Assembly (NCBI GenBank): GCA_964016885.1
Contig: OZ024745.1
Coordinates: 98,146,001 to 98,210,000 of the forward strand
Length of the DNA: 64,000 bases
Source: Eledone cirrhosa
Taxonomy: Eukaryota
Reading direction: 5' to 3'
Made by a program: the position numbers and the translations under genes. The notes below the pieces were generated by a model that worked only from the letters and a program-made list of their open reading frames with translations, was not told the DNA's origin and ran no database searches. Each line of letters begins with the position of its first letter. The stretch's first letter is position 1. Shown here in pieces: positions 23,340 to 36,300 of the stretch.

Positions 23340-23586
23340 CACCGCACCCAAAATAGAGAACGGACCACCTGCCACAAAAAAAAAATACCGATCCCCACCG
23401 TGCCCAAAATAATAAACGACAGCCCACCACGCCCAAAATAAAAAAAACAGACCCCCCGCCACGCCCAAAATACGAACCGAAACCCCGGCGTACCCCCAAA
23501 ACGGACCCCTTCGCCGTGCCCGAAATAAAAGGTGGACTCCCCGCCGCGCCGAAATGAAAACGGACCCCTACTGCGCCCAAAATAAC
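23340..23586. repeat. Degenerate tandem repeat (cccaaaataaaaacggacc-like)
   Basis: About 28-30 bp period; similar to 15090-15375. Confidence 0.65.
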
Positions 23587-23828
23587 AGGACCTGCCAGTT
23601 TTGTGAGTTTCTGTGGCTTTAGGTAGTCTCAAGCTGCAGATAATTAGATGGTGATCCGTTGACAGCTCAGCCCCTCTTTTAACACGTACATCCAGCACAG
23701 AATCAATTATTGATCTCTGTCCCATATACCATGTATATTTATGGATGTCTCTGTGCTGGAAGAAGGTGTTTGTAATAGAGAGTCCATTGCTAGAAGTCTA
23801 GTAAGACTTCTCCATTCACATTTAGATC
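23587..23828 (-). pseudogene. RTE LINE APE-endonuclease fragment
   Basis: NTFFQHRDIHKYTWY, RSIID, DVRVKRGAELSTDHHL. Confidence 0.75.
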
Positions 23829-23829
23829 G

Positions 23830-24565
23830 GGGTCGTCCTTCCTTGATAAGTTTGATGTCGAGTGCTGCATGACTAGAATGAAAATGAATGCTGCGAAAAC
23901 TGAGACACTTGTTCTCTCAAGGAAGCCTGTGCAATGCACTAAAGTTGGTAGAGAAGTTCAAGTATCTCGGGGCCATGTTCACGAGTAATATGCAGGCGGC
24001 TACAATAAGTGCAAGAATTGTAAAAGCTGGTGCAGTAATGCGCAAGCTTCAGCATTCAGTAATTAGAAAAAGTGGGGTAGGTGTAAAGGCCAAACTCGCT
24101 ATCTTCAATTAGGCTTTCATGCCAACCCTTAGCTATGGTCATGAATTTTGGGTAATGACCGAAAGAATACGATCAGGAATACAGGCGGCCGAAATGGGAT
24201 TCCTCCGAAGGGTCTTTAAAGTAACGTTACTAGATAAAGGGTGTAGCTCGGAGATCAGAGAGTCTCTCCAGGTAGAGCCGCTACTTCTCCGAATTGAGAG
24301 ATCACAGCTCCGATACTATGAGCATGGGGTTAGAATGTCTCAGGAAAGAATGGCTGGACAGATTTTACGGACAAAACCAGCTGACAGGAGACCCAGGGGT
24401 AGACCCCAAGCAAGATGGTTGAATAACGTCTCTGAGCTTGGCTGGTCACGCTTGGGGATCCAGCCGGATCAGTTGTAGACGGTTGCCTCTGACAAAACCC
24501 GCTGGGAGAAGTGTTTGAGGACTCTGCCCCCACGACCTTCTCAGGAATAAGTGGGCGAAGAAGAT
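23830..24565 (+). pseudogene. RTE (Expander/Rex3-like) LINE 3' fragment
   Basis: VEKFKYLG, LSYGHEFWVMT..QAAEMGFLRRV, IERSQLR, RPRGRP..RW. Confidence 0.82.
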
Positions 24566-24566
24566 A

Positions 24567-25202
<636 letters not shown>

Positions 25203-25205
<3 letters not shown>

Positions 25206-25680
25206 ATCAACTAGAAATTGATTGACATATAAATAAACATATGAAACAATCACAGGGGATAATTTGTAAAAGTGTGTAAGCACACATAGCTAGGTAGGTA
25301 ACTAAATAAAGTTTAACTAGAACTTCAAAAATAGATACCTTATAGAATGATTAATCTTCCTTGTATATATTAAAGAAATATATTTCACCAATTAATCGAT
25401 TGGTAAGCGACATTAGCCAGATCCTGGATTTTCAACAAGGAAAATTTTATAAGGTATCTATTTTTGAAGTTCTAGTTAAACTTTATTTAGTTACCTACCT
25501 AGCTATGTGTGCTTGCACACTTTTTACAAATTATCCCCTGTGATTGTTTCATATGTTTATTTATATGTCAATCAATTTCTAGTTGATATAAAATGCTCGG
25601 ATCTATTCATTAGAATCTTGGAGCATATTTTACGGGTGATATGGCGCATGTCTATCCGGCATGACACCCTTAATTTAATT
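25203..25680 (+). mobile_element. Fold-back hairpin element F (about 150-bp arms 25203-25590, about 70-90 nt loop, tail to about 25680)
   Basis: tatatcaactagaaattgattgac... / ...gtcaatcaatttctagttgatata; TA tracts both sides. Confidence 0.85.
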
Positions 25681-25692
25681 TAATTTAATTTA

Positions 25693-25908
<216 letters not shown>

Positions 25909-26765
25909 TAAATAGACAAGACAAACATAGATAACATAGATGCACAAACACAAAGTCTTATTAGTTTCACAGGCATAGTTTGCTTAAACAAATAAATTTG
26001 GGTTGCATTATACTTTAAGGAATAAATATAGGCCGCTTTGCAAGTTAACAAATAAATATAGAGAGTAGTGTACTTAAATCAATATATATTGACTGTAGGG
26101 TGTTGAAATATATATATTACACTGAGATTTAATTAATATACGTACACTAAATTACCGGCATAATTAACTTATCTGACAACTGATTAATTTATCGTAAAAT
26201 TAACTTTCACCACAGGTTTTCAACCTTGCCTGGGGACGTTTTATCTTTCGTTGGGTTCTATATACATACAAGTATTATTCTGTGATGGAATATCGTCAAT
26301 ACTTTTTCTATTTCACGCACGGTTTACATATATGTTTAATTAATTTTACTGCCATATATATTTCTACATAAATATTTCTGAAGCTATTTTGTCATTCTCT
26401 ATTTTTTGTCATTCTCTATTTTTTGTTCTTAAAGTTGTTCGTATCCGTGCTTCTGATGTAGCTACAGTTGCTGCTGTTGCTGCTACTGTTGCTGCTACTA
26501 CTGCTGCTGCTCTACTGCTGCTGCTATTGCTACTGGTGCTATTGCTACTACTACTGCTGCTATTGCTGCTACTCTGATTATATAGTTGTGAATTTAAATG
26601 TTATTGATATAATTGTTATTGTTTTTGTTGACATTCTTGCTGTGATGTTTATCTTCCATTAAGCAGATTTTGTCAGTTATGTCGCTGTTGTCGTTGATAT
26701 TGTTAACATGAATTATATTAATGTTTATTGTCTTAGATAATGTTGTTGCTATTGTTGTTGTTGGT

Positions 26766-27310
26766 GAAGGCACGTGGCTTAGTGGTTAAAGTATTCACGA
26801 TCGGGACTCGATTCCCGACGGCGTCTTGAACCTTTCAGCAAGACACTTTATTTTACCTTAGTTCAGTCCACTGAGCAGGCAAAATAATGGTTTCTTATAT
26901 AGGCACAAGGCCAGCAATTTTGGGAGGAGGGGAAAGTCGATTAAATCGAACCCAGTGCATTACTGGTTCTTTATTTTATCGACCCCGTAAGGATGAAAGG
27001 CAAAGTTAACCTCGGCGAAATTTGAAATAAGACAGTAAAGGACCGTAACTCTATGCTGCAAAGCATGGTGTCCGACTCTCTACCGATTCTGCCAATCCAC
27101 CGTCCTCACTGAGCAGGCAAAATAATGAGTTGTACCTGTAATTCAAATGACCAACCTTATCACACACTTTGTCACACTGAATCACCCTGAGATTTAAATG
27201 AAAGGTACACGTGTCTATGGAATACTCAGCCATTTACACGTTAATTCCACGAGCAGATTGTCACGTTGTTCGAACAACAGGGACACATGTCGTCAGATCC
27301 GACTGCGGTT
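26766..27310 (+). mobile_element. CORE-like tRNA SINE interrupted by a minus-strand Meta-like SINE (26890-27106)
   Basis: A-box tggcttagtgg, B-box gactcgattcc; 21-bp TSD cactgagcaggcaaaataatg at 26869-26889 and 27107-27127. Confidence 0.8.
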
Positions 27311-27374
27311 CACTAAAAACTAACAAAAACCACAAACTATTGTTGATATTGCTGCATCGAGTTATGTTATATGT

Positions 27375-27520
27375 TCTTTGCAGCATAGAGTTATGGCCCT
27401 TTACGTTTTGAGTTCAAATCCCGCCGAACTTTACTTTGCCTTTCGTCCTTATGGGGTCGATAAAATAAAGCACCAGTAATGCAATGGGGGTAAATGCTGG
27501 CCTTGTGCCCAAAGTAAACT
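27375..27520 (+). mobile_element. Meta-like tRNA SINE copy
   Basis: gagttcaaatcccgccg...ggggtcgataaaataaagcaccag. Confidence 0.75.
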
Positions 27521-28014
27521 CAGTTAATATTTAGCCCTAGGTCAGTCTTGTTTGAGCAGAACTAGAGTCAAAGATATTCTAACCGTGATCACCCTGTCTT
27601 TCTCTTTTAAGATTGTTAAAATTTAAAGGAATTTTGCTGCTATTTCTGGCAGGTCGAGCGACTATGTCGTCGTCGTCGTTGTCACTATTGGCACTGTTGC
27701 AGCTGCTATTATTGTTGTTTCAACAACTACCTTCTTAAAACCACAACAAACCAATATTTACTTTGATGTTGTGAATATGTATCTTTGTAGATATTCTCAA
27801 GAGAGTTCAGTCGTTTTCTCGAAATGTGATTATTTCAAAATTTTCGGTTTAACAATGACAACCGTATCTCATAACCCCCAAACCAAGCATTCCCCTCCCC
27901 CCTCCGTCAAAACGGCTCATACACTAAAACCTTGACATAACATGATGTAAAGAATGGTTTAAGTTGAACAAAGCTGTAAAAGACACTTATATGTTGTGGC
28001 GGTTTAATGTATTA

Positions 28015-28297
28015 CTAGCAGAATGGTCCGGCGTTGCTCGGTATTTGCTCTAGGGTTCTTATATATTTGATATATATTTATCCTTATCGAGCCTCGTGAA
28101 ATAAATACGTTTGTTTTTATTTTGTTATTGTGTATGCAAAAATATATGTACACGAATATATCTATATATATATATATATATAAATATTAAATCAAAGTTT
28201 AAGCAAAGAATCGCTGCATTCACCCTTAATGGTACCTTCTGAAACTAAAAAAAATCAATCTGTGAACGCAGAAGTAAATATTTCGAAAAACGTTACA

Positions 28298-28351
<54 letters not shown>

Positions 28352-28488
28352 TATATATATACATATATACACACACATATAGCGTCATAATGTCGTAATG
28401 CACACAGCTAGACATACAGACAGATATTATAAGGGCGCAGCGTTATATCTACGTATCTATCTAAAAAGAAAGACTAAGAGAGAGAGAG

Positions 28489-28550
<62 letters not shown>

Positions 28551-28661
28551 CTCACAGGAATACTCAAAATACTCACAGTATTACATGTGTAAAGTTTGAA
28601 AAAAGTCGGTTGGTTGGTTCTCGAGTTTTAGGAAGTCAGACAGACAGACATTCTCTGTTTT

Positions 28662-28670
<9 letters not shown>
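28015..28670 (-). mobile_element. Non-autonomous Helitron
   Basis: Minus-strand 3' end ccgagcaacgccggaccattctgCTAG followed by T; 5' end homologous to 19978-20090. Confidence 0.75.
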
Positions 28671-28691
<21 letters not shown>

Positions 28692-28693
<2 letters not shown>

Positions 28694-28772
28694 CGAAGGA
28701 AAAGTGGTAAGGAACCAGGTGGACCATAACGCACCAAAGTACTCAATACTTAGGGTAGTAGAGTGGGTAATA
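28692..28772 (-). repeat. Solo tail of hairpin family D
   Basis: Reverse complement of 58793-58873. Confidence 0.8.
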
Positions 28773-28779
28773 TAATTAT

Positions 28780-29252
28780 ATATTTGTGTACAGATATTTT
28801 TGCATACACAATAACAAAATATAAACAAACGTATTTATTTCACGAGGCTCGATAAGGATAAGTTTATATCAAATATATAAGAACCCAAGAGCAAGTCCCG
28901 AGCAACGCCGGACCATTCTGCTAGTATATATTAAAATAACAGATTAAAGTTTAAGCAAAGAATCGTTGCTTTCACCCTTAATGGGATCTTCTGAAATTAA
29001 AAAAAATCAATCTGTGAGCGCAGAAGTAAATATTTCGAAAAACGTTACATACTCTATATATATACACACAGTATATATACATATACACACACACACACAC
29101 ACAGATAGCATCATGATGTCGTAATGTAGACAGCTCAAAGCACTTACAGGACCATAAGTATTACATGTGTAAAGTTTGAAAAAAATCAGTTGGTTGGTTC
29201 TCGAGTTTTAGGGAGTCAGACAGACAATCAGACAGACAGACATTCTCTGTTT
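28780..29252. mobile_element. Rearranged second copy of the 28015 Helitron (3' segment inverted)
   Basis: 28780-28924 is reverse complement of about 28015-28155; 28925-29252 is co-directional with about 28185-28660. Confidence 0.72.
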
Positions 29253-29254
29253 TG

Positions 29255-31785
29255 CACCACCAACACCACCTCCACTATCACCACTACCAACACCAACACC
29301 ACTACCAACACCACCACCACCACCGCCACATCTACCACGACCACTATGACCACTACCAATACCAACGCCGCCACCACCACCAACACCACCAACACCACTA
29401 CCAACACCAACACTGCCACCACATCTACCACGACTACTATCACCACTACCAATACCAACACAGCCACTGCCACCACATCTACCACCCCCACTATCACCAC
29501 TATCAACACTAACGCCGCCACCACCAGTACCACCAACACCACCACCACCACCACCACCACCGACACCAACACCACTACCACTCTCACCACTAGAGATACC
29601 AACACCACCACGACCACTATCACCACCACCAACACCACTACTACCATCACATCTACCACGACCACTACAACCACCAACACCAACACCACTACCCCTACTA
29701 TACTACATACATCACACCACCACACAACCACTACCATACCACACTCTACACACCACACGACCACTACCCCACCACACTACATACCACACCACCACACAAC
29801 CACTACCACATACCACACACCACACGACCACTAGCTCTACCACACTCTACACACCACCACACAACCACTACCCATACCACACATCACACTACCACACAAG
29901 CACTACCACACACCACACCACCACACAACCACTACCACTACCATACTCCACACCACCACACCACCACACAACCACTACCACTACCATACTCCACACCACC
30001 ACACAACCACTACCGCTACCACCACAACACTACCACCACCACAACCAACACTACCACAAACACTACCACCACAACACTACCACCACAACACTACCACCAC
30101 AACACTACCACCAACACTACAACCAACACTACCACCAACACTACCACCACACAACCACTACCATCACCACAATTACCACCACAACACTACCACCACAATA
30201 ATTACCACCACAACAACTACCGCCACAACAACTACCACCACAACACTACCACCAACACTACCACCACAAACACTACCACCAACACTACCACCACCAACAC
30301 TACCACCAACACTACCACCACCAACACTACCACCAACACTACCACCATAAACACTACCACAAACACTACCACCACAAACACTACCACCAACACTACCACC
30401 AACACTACCACCACCAACACTACCACAAACACTACCACCACCAGCACTACCACCAACACCACTACCACCAACAACACTACCACCAACACTACCACCACAA
30501 CAACCACTACCAGCATCACCACCACAACCAACATTACCAACACTACCACCACAAACTACTGCAACCAACACTACCACCACAACACTATCACCACAACAAC
30601 TACCACCACAAAACGACCACCACATAAACTAGCACAACAACCACCACAACCAACACTACCACCACAACACTACCACCACCAACACTACCAGCACAACAAC
30701 GACCACCATTACACTGCCACCTCAACAACTAGCACCAACACTACCACCACAACAACCACCACCACAAACACTACCACCACAACACTACCACCACAACAAT
30801 TACCACCACAACAACGACAACCACAACAACTACAACCACAACAACTACCACAACTAACACTACCACCACACTACCACCACCACACTACTACCACAACACT
30901 ATCACCACAACAACGACCACCACAAACTACCACAACAACAACCACCACGACCAACACTACCACCACAACACTACCACCACCAACACTACCACAACAACAA
31001 CCACCACAACAAACACTACCACCACAACAACGACCACCACTACACTGCCATCTCAACAACTACCACCAACACTACCACCACAACAACCATCACCACCACC
31101 ACAACAACAACACTACCACCACAACAATCATCACCACAACCAACACTACTACAACAACACTACTACCACAACACTACTACAACAACACTATCACCACAAC
31201 AACCATCACCAACACCACAACAACAACAACACTACCACCACAACAACAACACTACCACCACAACAATCACCACCACAACCAACACTACCACAACAACACT
31301 ACCACAACAACACAACCACCACCACAACCAACACTACCAGCACAACAACCAACACTACCACGACAACACTACCATCACAACAACAACGACCACCACAACC
31401 AACACTACCACCACCACACTACCACCACAACAAGCACCACCACAACGCTACCACCACAACAACGACCACCACAACCAACACTACCACCACCACATTACCA
31501 CCACAACAAGCACCACCGCAACGCTACCACCACAACAACGACCACCACAACCAACACTACCACCACAACAACAACACTACTACGACAACACTACCATCAC
31601 AACAACAACGACCACCACAACCAACACTACCACCACAACCAACACTACCACCACAACCAACACTACCACCACAACAACCAACACTACCGCAACAACATTA
31701 CCACCACGACAACGACCACTACCACACTACCACTAACACTACCACCACAACACAACCACGACAACCACCACCACAACACTACAAC
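29255..31785. repeat. Long (ACC/AAC/ACT)-rich low-complexity tandem array
   Basis: Units such as caacactaccacca; strongly C/A-biased plus strand. Confidence 0.92.
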
Positions 31786-31853
31786 CACTCAACAAATTAT
31801 TGGAGTAAAAATACGATATTAACAAATGGAAACTATATTTATAAAACCATATT

Positions 31854-31918
31854 TATTTCCTTATACATATTTCAAGGACACCAACTTAAATTGTGGTGCG
31901 CTTTCATCAGATAAAATA
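31854..31918 (-). ncRNA. Minimal hammerhead ribozyme (B2 left arm)
   Basis: Reverse complement reads tattttat CTGATGA aagcgcacca..tggtgtcctt GAAA tatgtATA aggaaata. Confidence 0.65.
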
Positions 31919-31947
31919 TAATATAGAGCAGTTTTATAAATAAATAT

Positions 31948-32327
31948 TGTTTCTACTTTTGACACAAGGCCAGCAATTAACCAGTGCATTACTGGTACTT
32001 TATTTTATCGACCCCGTAAGGATGAAAGGCAAAGTTAACCTCGGCGGGATTTGAACTCAGAATGGCAAGGGCCGTAACTCTATGCGTCAAAGCATGGTGT
32101 CCGACCCTCTACCGATAATGCCAGTCCACCGCCAGTCAAATAATTGTTTCTACTTTTGGAACAAGGCCAGCAAATACCCCGTGTATTACTGGTACTTTGT
32201 GTTATCGACCCCGTAAGGATGAAAGGCAAAGTTAACCTCGGCGGGATTTGAACTCAGAATGGCAAGGGCTGTAACTCTATGCGTCGAAGCATGGCGTCCG
32301 ACCCTCTACCGATACTGCCAATCAACC
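31948..32327 (-). mobile_element. Two tandem Meta-like tRNA SINEs
   Basis: Same family as 14355-14540; flanked by aaatattg duplication. Confidence 0.8.
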
Positions 32328-32491
32328 AAATATTGACATACCCTTAAAGTTTTATAAATAAATATTGACATACCCTTAAAGAATGCGACCATTTCTGTTG
32401 GAAGCTCCCAGACTATCCGGGAGCTTCCAACAGAAATGGTCGCATTCTTTAAGAGTATGTCAATATTTATTTATAAAACTGATCTATATTA

Positions 32492-32556
32492 TATTTTATC
32501 TGATGAAAGCACACCACAATTTAACTTGGTGTCCTTGAAATATGTATAATGAAATA
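32492..32556 (+). ncRNA. Minimal hammerhead ribozyme (B2 right arm)
   Basis: tattttat CTGATGA aag-c-acacca/tggtgt-c-ctt GAAA tatgtATA atgaaata; compensatory change relative to B1. Confidence 0.75.
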
Positions 32557-32594
32557 AATATGGTTTTATAAATATATTTTCCATTTGTTAATAT

Positions 32595-32643
<49 letters not shown>

Positions 32644-32974
32644 TTATTTATTTATTAGTTATGTAATAAACAACATAATTATTTCATTAACCAATGGTTT
32701 CTTGAAAGCAACCAAAATTGCTTTCATTCATCAGAATGAAAAAATCCTGGTGTCTTTATTGACAGTGGATTTGAAAAACAAAAATATAACAGATATGAAA
32801 GTGAGGCTGGAGGAAAGAAAGAGGTGGGGGAGAATAATAAATAATAATATATAACAACACACACGTACACACACACATGCACACACGCTCACATATACAC
32901 ACATATATACATATATATATACATATATACACACATATATCCACATATATATACACAGAGACACATATACACAC

Positions 32975-33008
<34 letters not shown>

Positions 33009-33344
33009 ATCCATTCATAAATACACCAACACACACATATATATATATATATATGTATGCACACACATACATATATATATATATATACATATATATACAT
33101 ACACATACATACATACACACACACATACATACATACACACATATATACACACATGCATACGTACCTACATATAAAAGGATACATATGCACACACAAATAA
33201 GAATAAATAATCATAATAGGCCGTCACATACAAATAAGCAAATAAAAAATAAGGATTAAGAAAATAAAAATAAAAAAAATATTATTAAGTTGACAGCGAT
33301 ACAAAGACGGCAAAATTTGAAATAAAAATAAAAATAATAATAAT

Positions 33345-36300
33345 GATTTCATTTATTGGCCACAAGGGCCGACATATAGGGGACAATACAAAAGACTGGG
33401 ACAGTGGGGTTTTACAGAAAAATCGAGTAAACAATATGAATAACAAAGTAACATTAACAAAGTAACAATAAAGTAATAATAAGATAACAAGAAAAAATTT
33501 CCCAATAGGGGGGATGACCACCCAGGGTTCGCTCAGCTACCCCACCAATCCTGAACGACCCGACGCTTCGAGAGCACCCTGGAAGGGCACCCCCCTCTCA
33601 TCCTCAAATTTACCTACCTACAGCCGCATGACCAGAGTAGGCCCACTCATACGGGCCATTCTCGCTACATTCACCCACCTTTAAGCAAATGTACTGGGGG
33701 GGGGGGGGAGGCAGCACATCTCTCTCCACCCTTACCTTCCTTTCCAAGTGAAACTTGAAAAATTGCCTGCCCTTCCTGGCCAAAAGAAGGCGGCGGGTCG
33801 ATCTTCACTATGGACTCGGCCGATAGCCGGATCCGTTCTACACGCGACAACAGCTGTTCAACATAACTCCACAAGTCAGTAATGCACGGACACTGGACGA
33901 GTGCGTGCAGAACGGTTTCGTCGCTCTGCGCGCATCTCGGGCAGGTCCGTCTGACAACACTTCCCTTCCTGTGGAGTTTATCTCGAACCGGCAGTGCCCC
34001 CGGTAGCACTGCCAAGCGAGGGATTTTTGGAAATTATCCATCGTCCCCGGCTGGAAAGTCCTCCGGTACAGACTGGTTAGTTCGACTTCGTTGACTCCCA
34101 GAGCCACTCCGAGTGCGTCGTCGCCCTTGCCCACCACTAATCCTCTATAGAACTCGAGAGTGGAAGTTCCACTGACCGCATTGCCCGCCTGGTAGAGGGC
34201 AGTGAGAGCCTGGCAACATTCCAGATGCCAGTCACCCAGTCTCGGTCTCTTCTTGACCCAGGACTGGAGCACAGTCAAAGAAACGAGCTGCGGAAAGACC
34301 CGTCTGACAAACGGCGACCACACCTGTTCACCGTTTAGGCAGAATATCTGGAGATGCCGCAGCCCCAGTGCGTGTCTGCGCATCATTAGCCACGGCATGC
34401 CCAGCCCTCCACGTAGAGGGTGGTGGCAGCAGATGGACCGCCTCACCAGCGGTACCTGACCCCTCCACAAAAATTTGAAGAGGAGCCGATCCAAAATGGC
34501 GAGGCGCGAACGGGGGAAAGGGACGACGGTCAGACGGTAGTAGATGACGGACGCGATGTACGCGTTCGCCACCTCCACCCGACCTTTCAGTGACAGCTTT
34601 CTCGCAGCCCATTTCTGGGTGAGACTGGCTACTCTGCCCGTCACCTCGTCCTAATTCTTATCCACCTGGAGGTCTGGCCCGAACCAAACCCCTAACAACT
34701 TTACTGATCCGTCCGTCCAGCGCCTAACGACGCTGTTGGACGGCATGGACTTGCCTCTCCAGGTGCCGAGTTGCAAGCCCACCGACTTTTCCGGGTTAAG
34801 TTTTGCTCCCGTCAACCTTTCATATTCCTCCAATAAGTTGCCGACCACCTCGATTTCTGTGGTGTCCGACACCATCACGATGATGTCGTTCGCATAAGCC
34901 GACACAGCCTTTCCGCGTCCCGGTTTGAGCGGGATGCCCTGCAACAGCTCCAGCTTCCGCAGTAAAGGCTCGAGAGTCAATACGTACAGAAGGGAGGAGA
35001 GAGGGCACTCTTGACGGACCGATCGGGAGACCTGAAACGGTTCCGAGAGGTGGCCATTAATTTTGACCATCGAGCAGGTGCCGCTGTGCATTTCAGCGAT
35101 CCAGCTTCTGAAGACGGGGCCGAAGCCAGCCACCTTTAGGTCAGCCTCCAGGTACCGATGGCCGACCCTATCGATGCTCTTGATTGATCTAAATTGATCA
35201 GAGCCCCACCGAAGCCAGGTTTACACCCTACCCTCTCTATGATGTATCGTATTAGGTGGAGGTTGTCGTGTATGGACCTGGTTGGGATTGCGCAAGTTTG
35301 CGCCTCCCCAACCAAATCCCCGACGACAAGCGCCAACCTCTTCGCTAACACCCTGGCCAAAATCTTAAACTCTGTGTTGAGCAGAGTTATGGGCCTGAAA
35401 TTGTCTAATGTGTCCCTCTTGTTCTCGTCTTTCCTTATCAGCGTCACTATGCCCCGGCTCACAGAACTGGGAATACTCCCGTTTTGCTGCCAGTTGCAGT
35501 ATAGGGCTTCGAGGAGATTGGAGAAGAAGTCTGGCATATTTACGTAAAGCTCGTAGGGCAGACCATCCAAACCGGGTGACTTGCGCCTCATGCAGCCGAC
35601 AAGGGCATCCTTAATCTGGGCTGAAGTAATTGGCCTTTCGCAGCACCCAGCGTCAGCCGACGAGAGTTGCGGCAAGCCTTCGAGGTAAGGACTGAAGTCC
35701 GCCACCATCTCTGACCCGCTACTTCCCCCGAACAACCGAGCAAAATGTTGGCGAAAAGCCTCACACATCCGCTTGGAATCGCTCAGCTCGTGTCCGCCTC
35801 GGTCCGTCAAAGACCGAATCGTGGTTTTATTACCACGCTGCGCCTCTGCCACGCGGGCCCATCGAGCAGCTTTGGTTCCCTCGTTTCTCGCGACGTAGCT
35901 CTGACAATGCAACCTTCGTGTTTCGCATTGAAGAAATGGTCTAATGCAATTCTCGCCGCTAGCACGTCAGTTGCAATGCCACTACCAATAGCCTCGTCTA
36001 ACTTATCTACCAACTCCCCCTCCTTTCTATTTTTCTCTAACGCTACTTCTTTGCTAAACTCTATCGACATTACTCTAATCTCTCTTTTGAGAGCCCCCCA
36101 CCATCTATTGTTGACGACACCCCTGTCAACTTTTTCTTACTAAATTGTTGACCTGGTCCCTGTAAGCCTTACGTGCCGGAATGACATGTTTAGCTTCCAG
36201 TAACCAGGTCCTAACCTACGCGTCTTATCTAGGTCGACCATACAGATCACAAACTTGTGGTCTGAATAGGCGACCGTTTCAAAACGTGGACAGCTTACAC

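Larger units (their letters stand above)
31786..32596 (-). mobile_element. Fold-back hairpin element B2 (same family as 15604) with two SINEs inserted in left arm
   Basis: Centre ccc-agactatcc-ggg at 32407-32421; tail 31786-31811 matches 15972-15994 on opposite strand; SINEs at about 31948-32135 and 32143-32327. Confidence 0.82.

Noticed and set aside
26766-26830. Functional tRNA gene
   Set aside because: Only A/B boxes of a SINE head; no complete cloverleaf
29190-31059. Poly-Thr mucin-like and poly-Val/Gly ORFs
   Set aside because: Products of the ACC-rich tandem array; open in several frames on both strands, with no signal peptide or splice evidence
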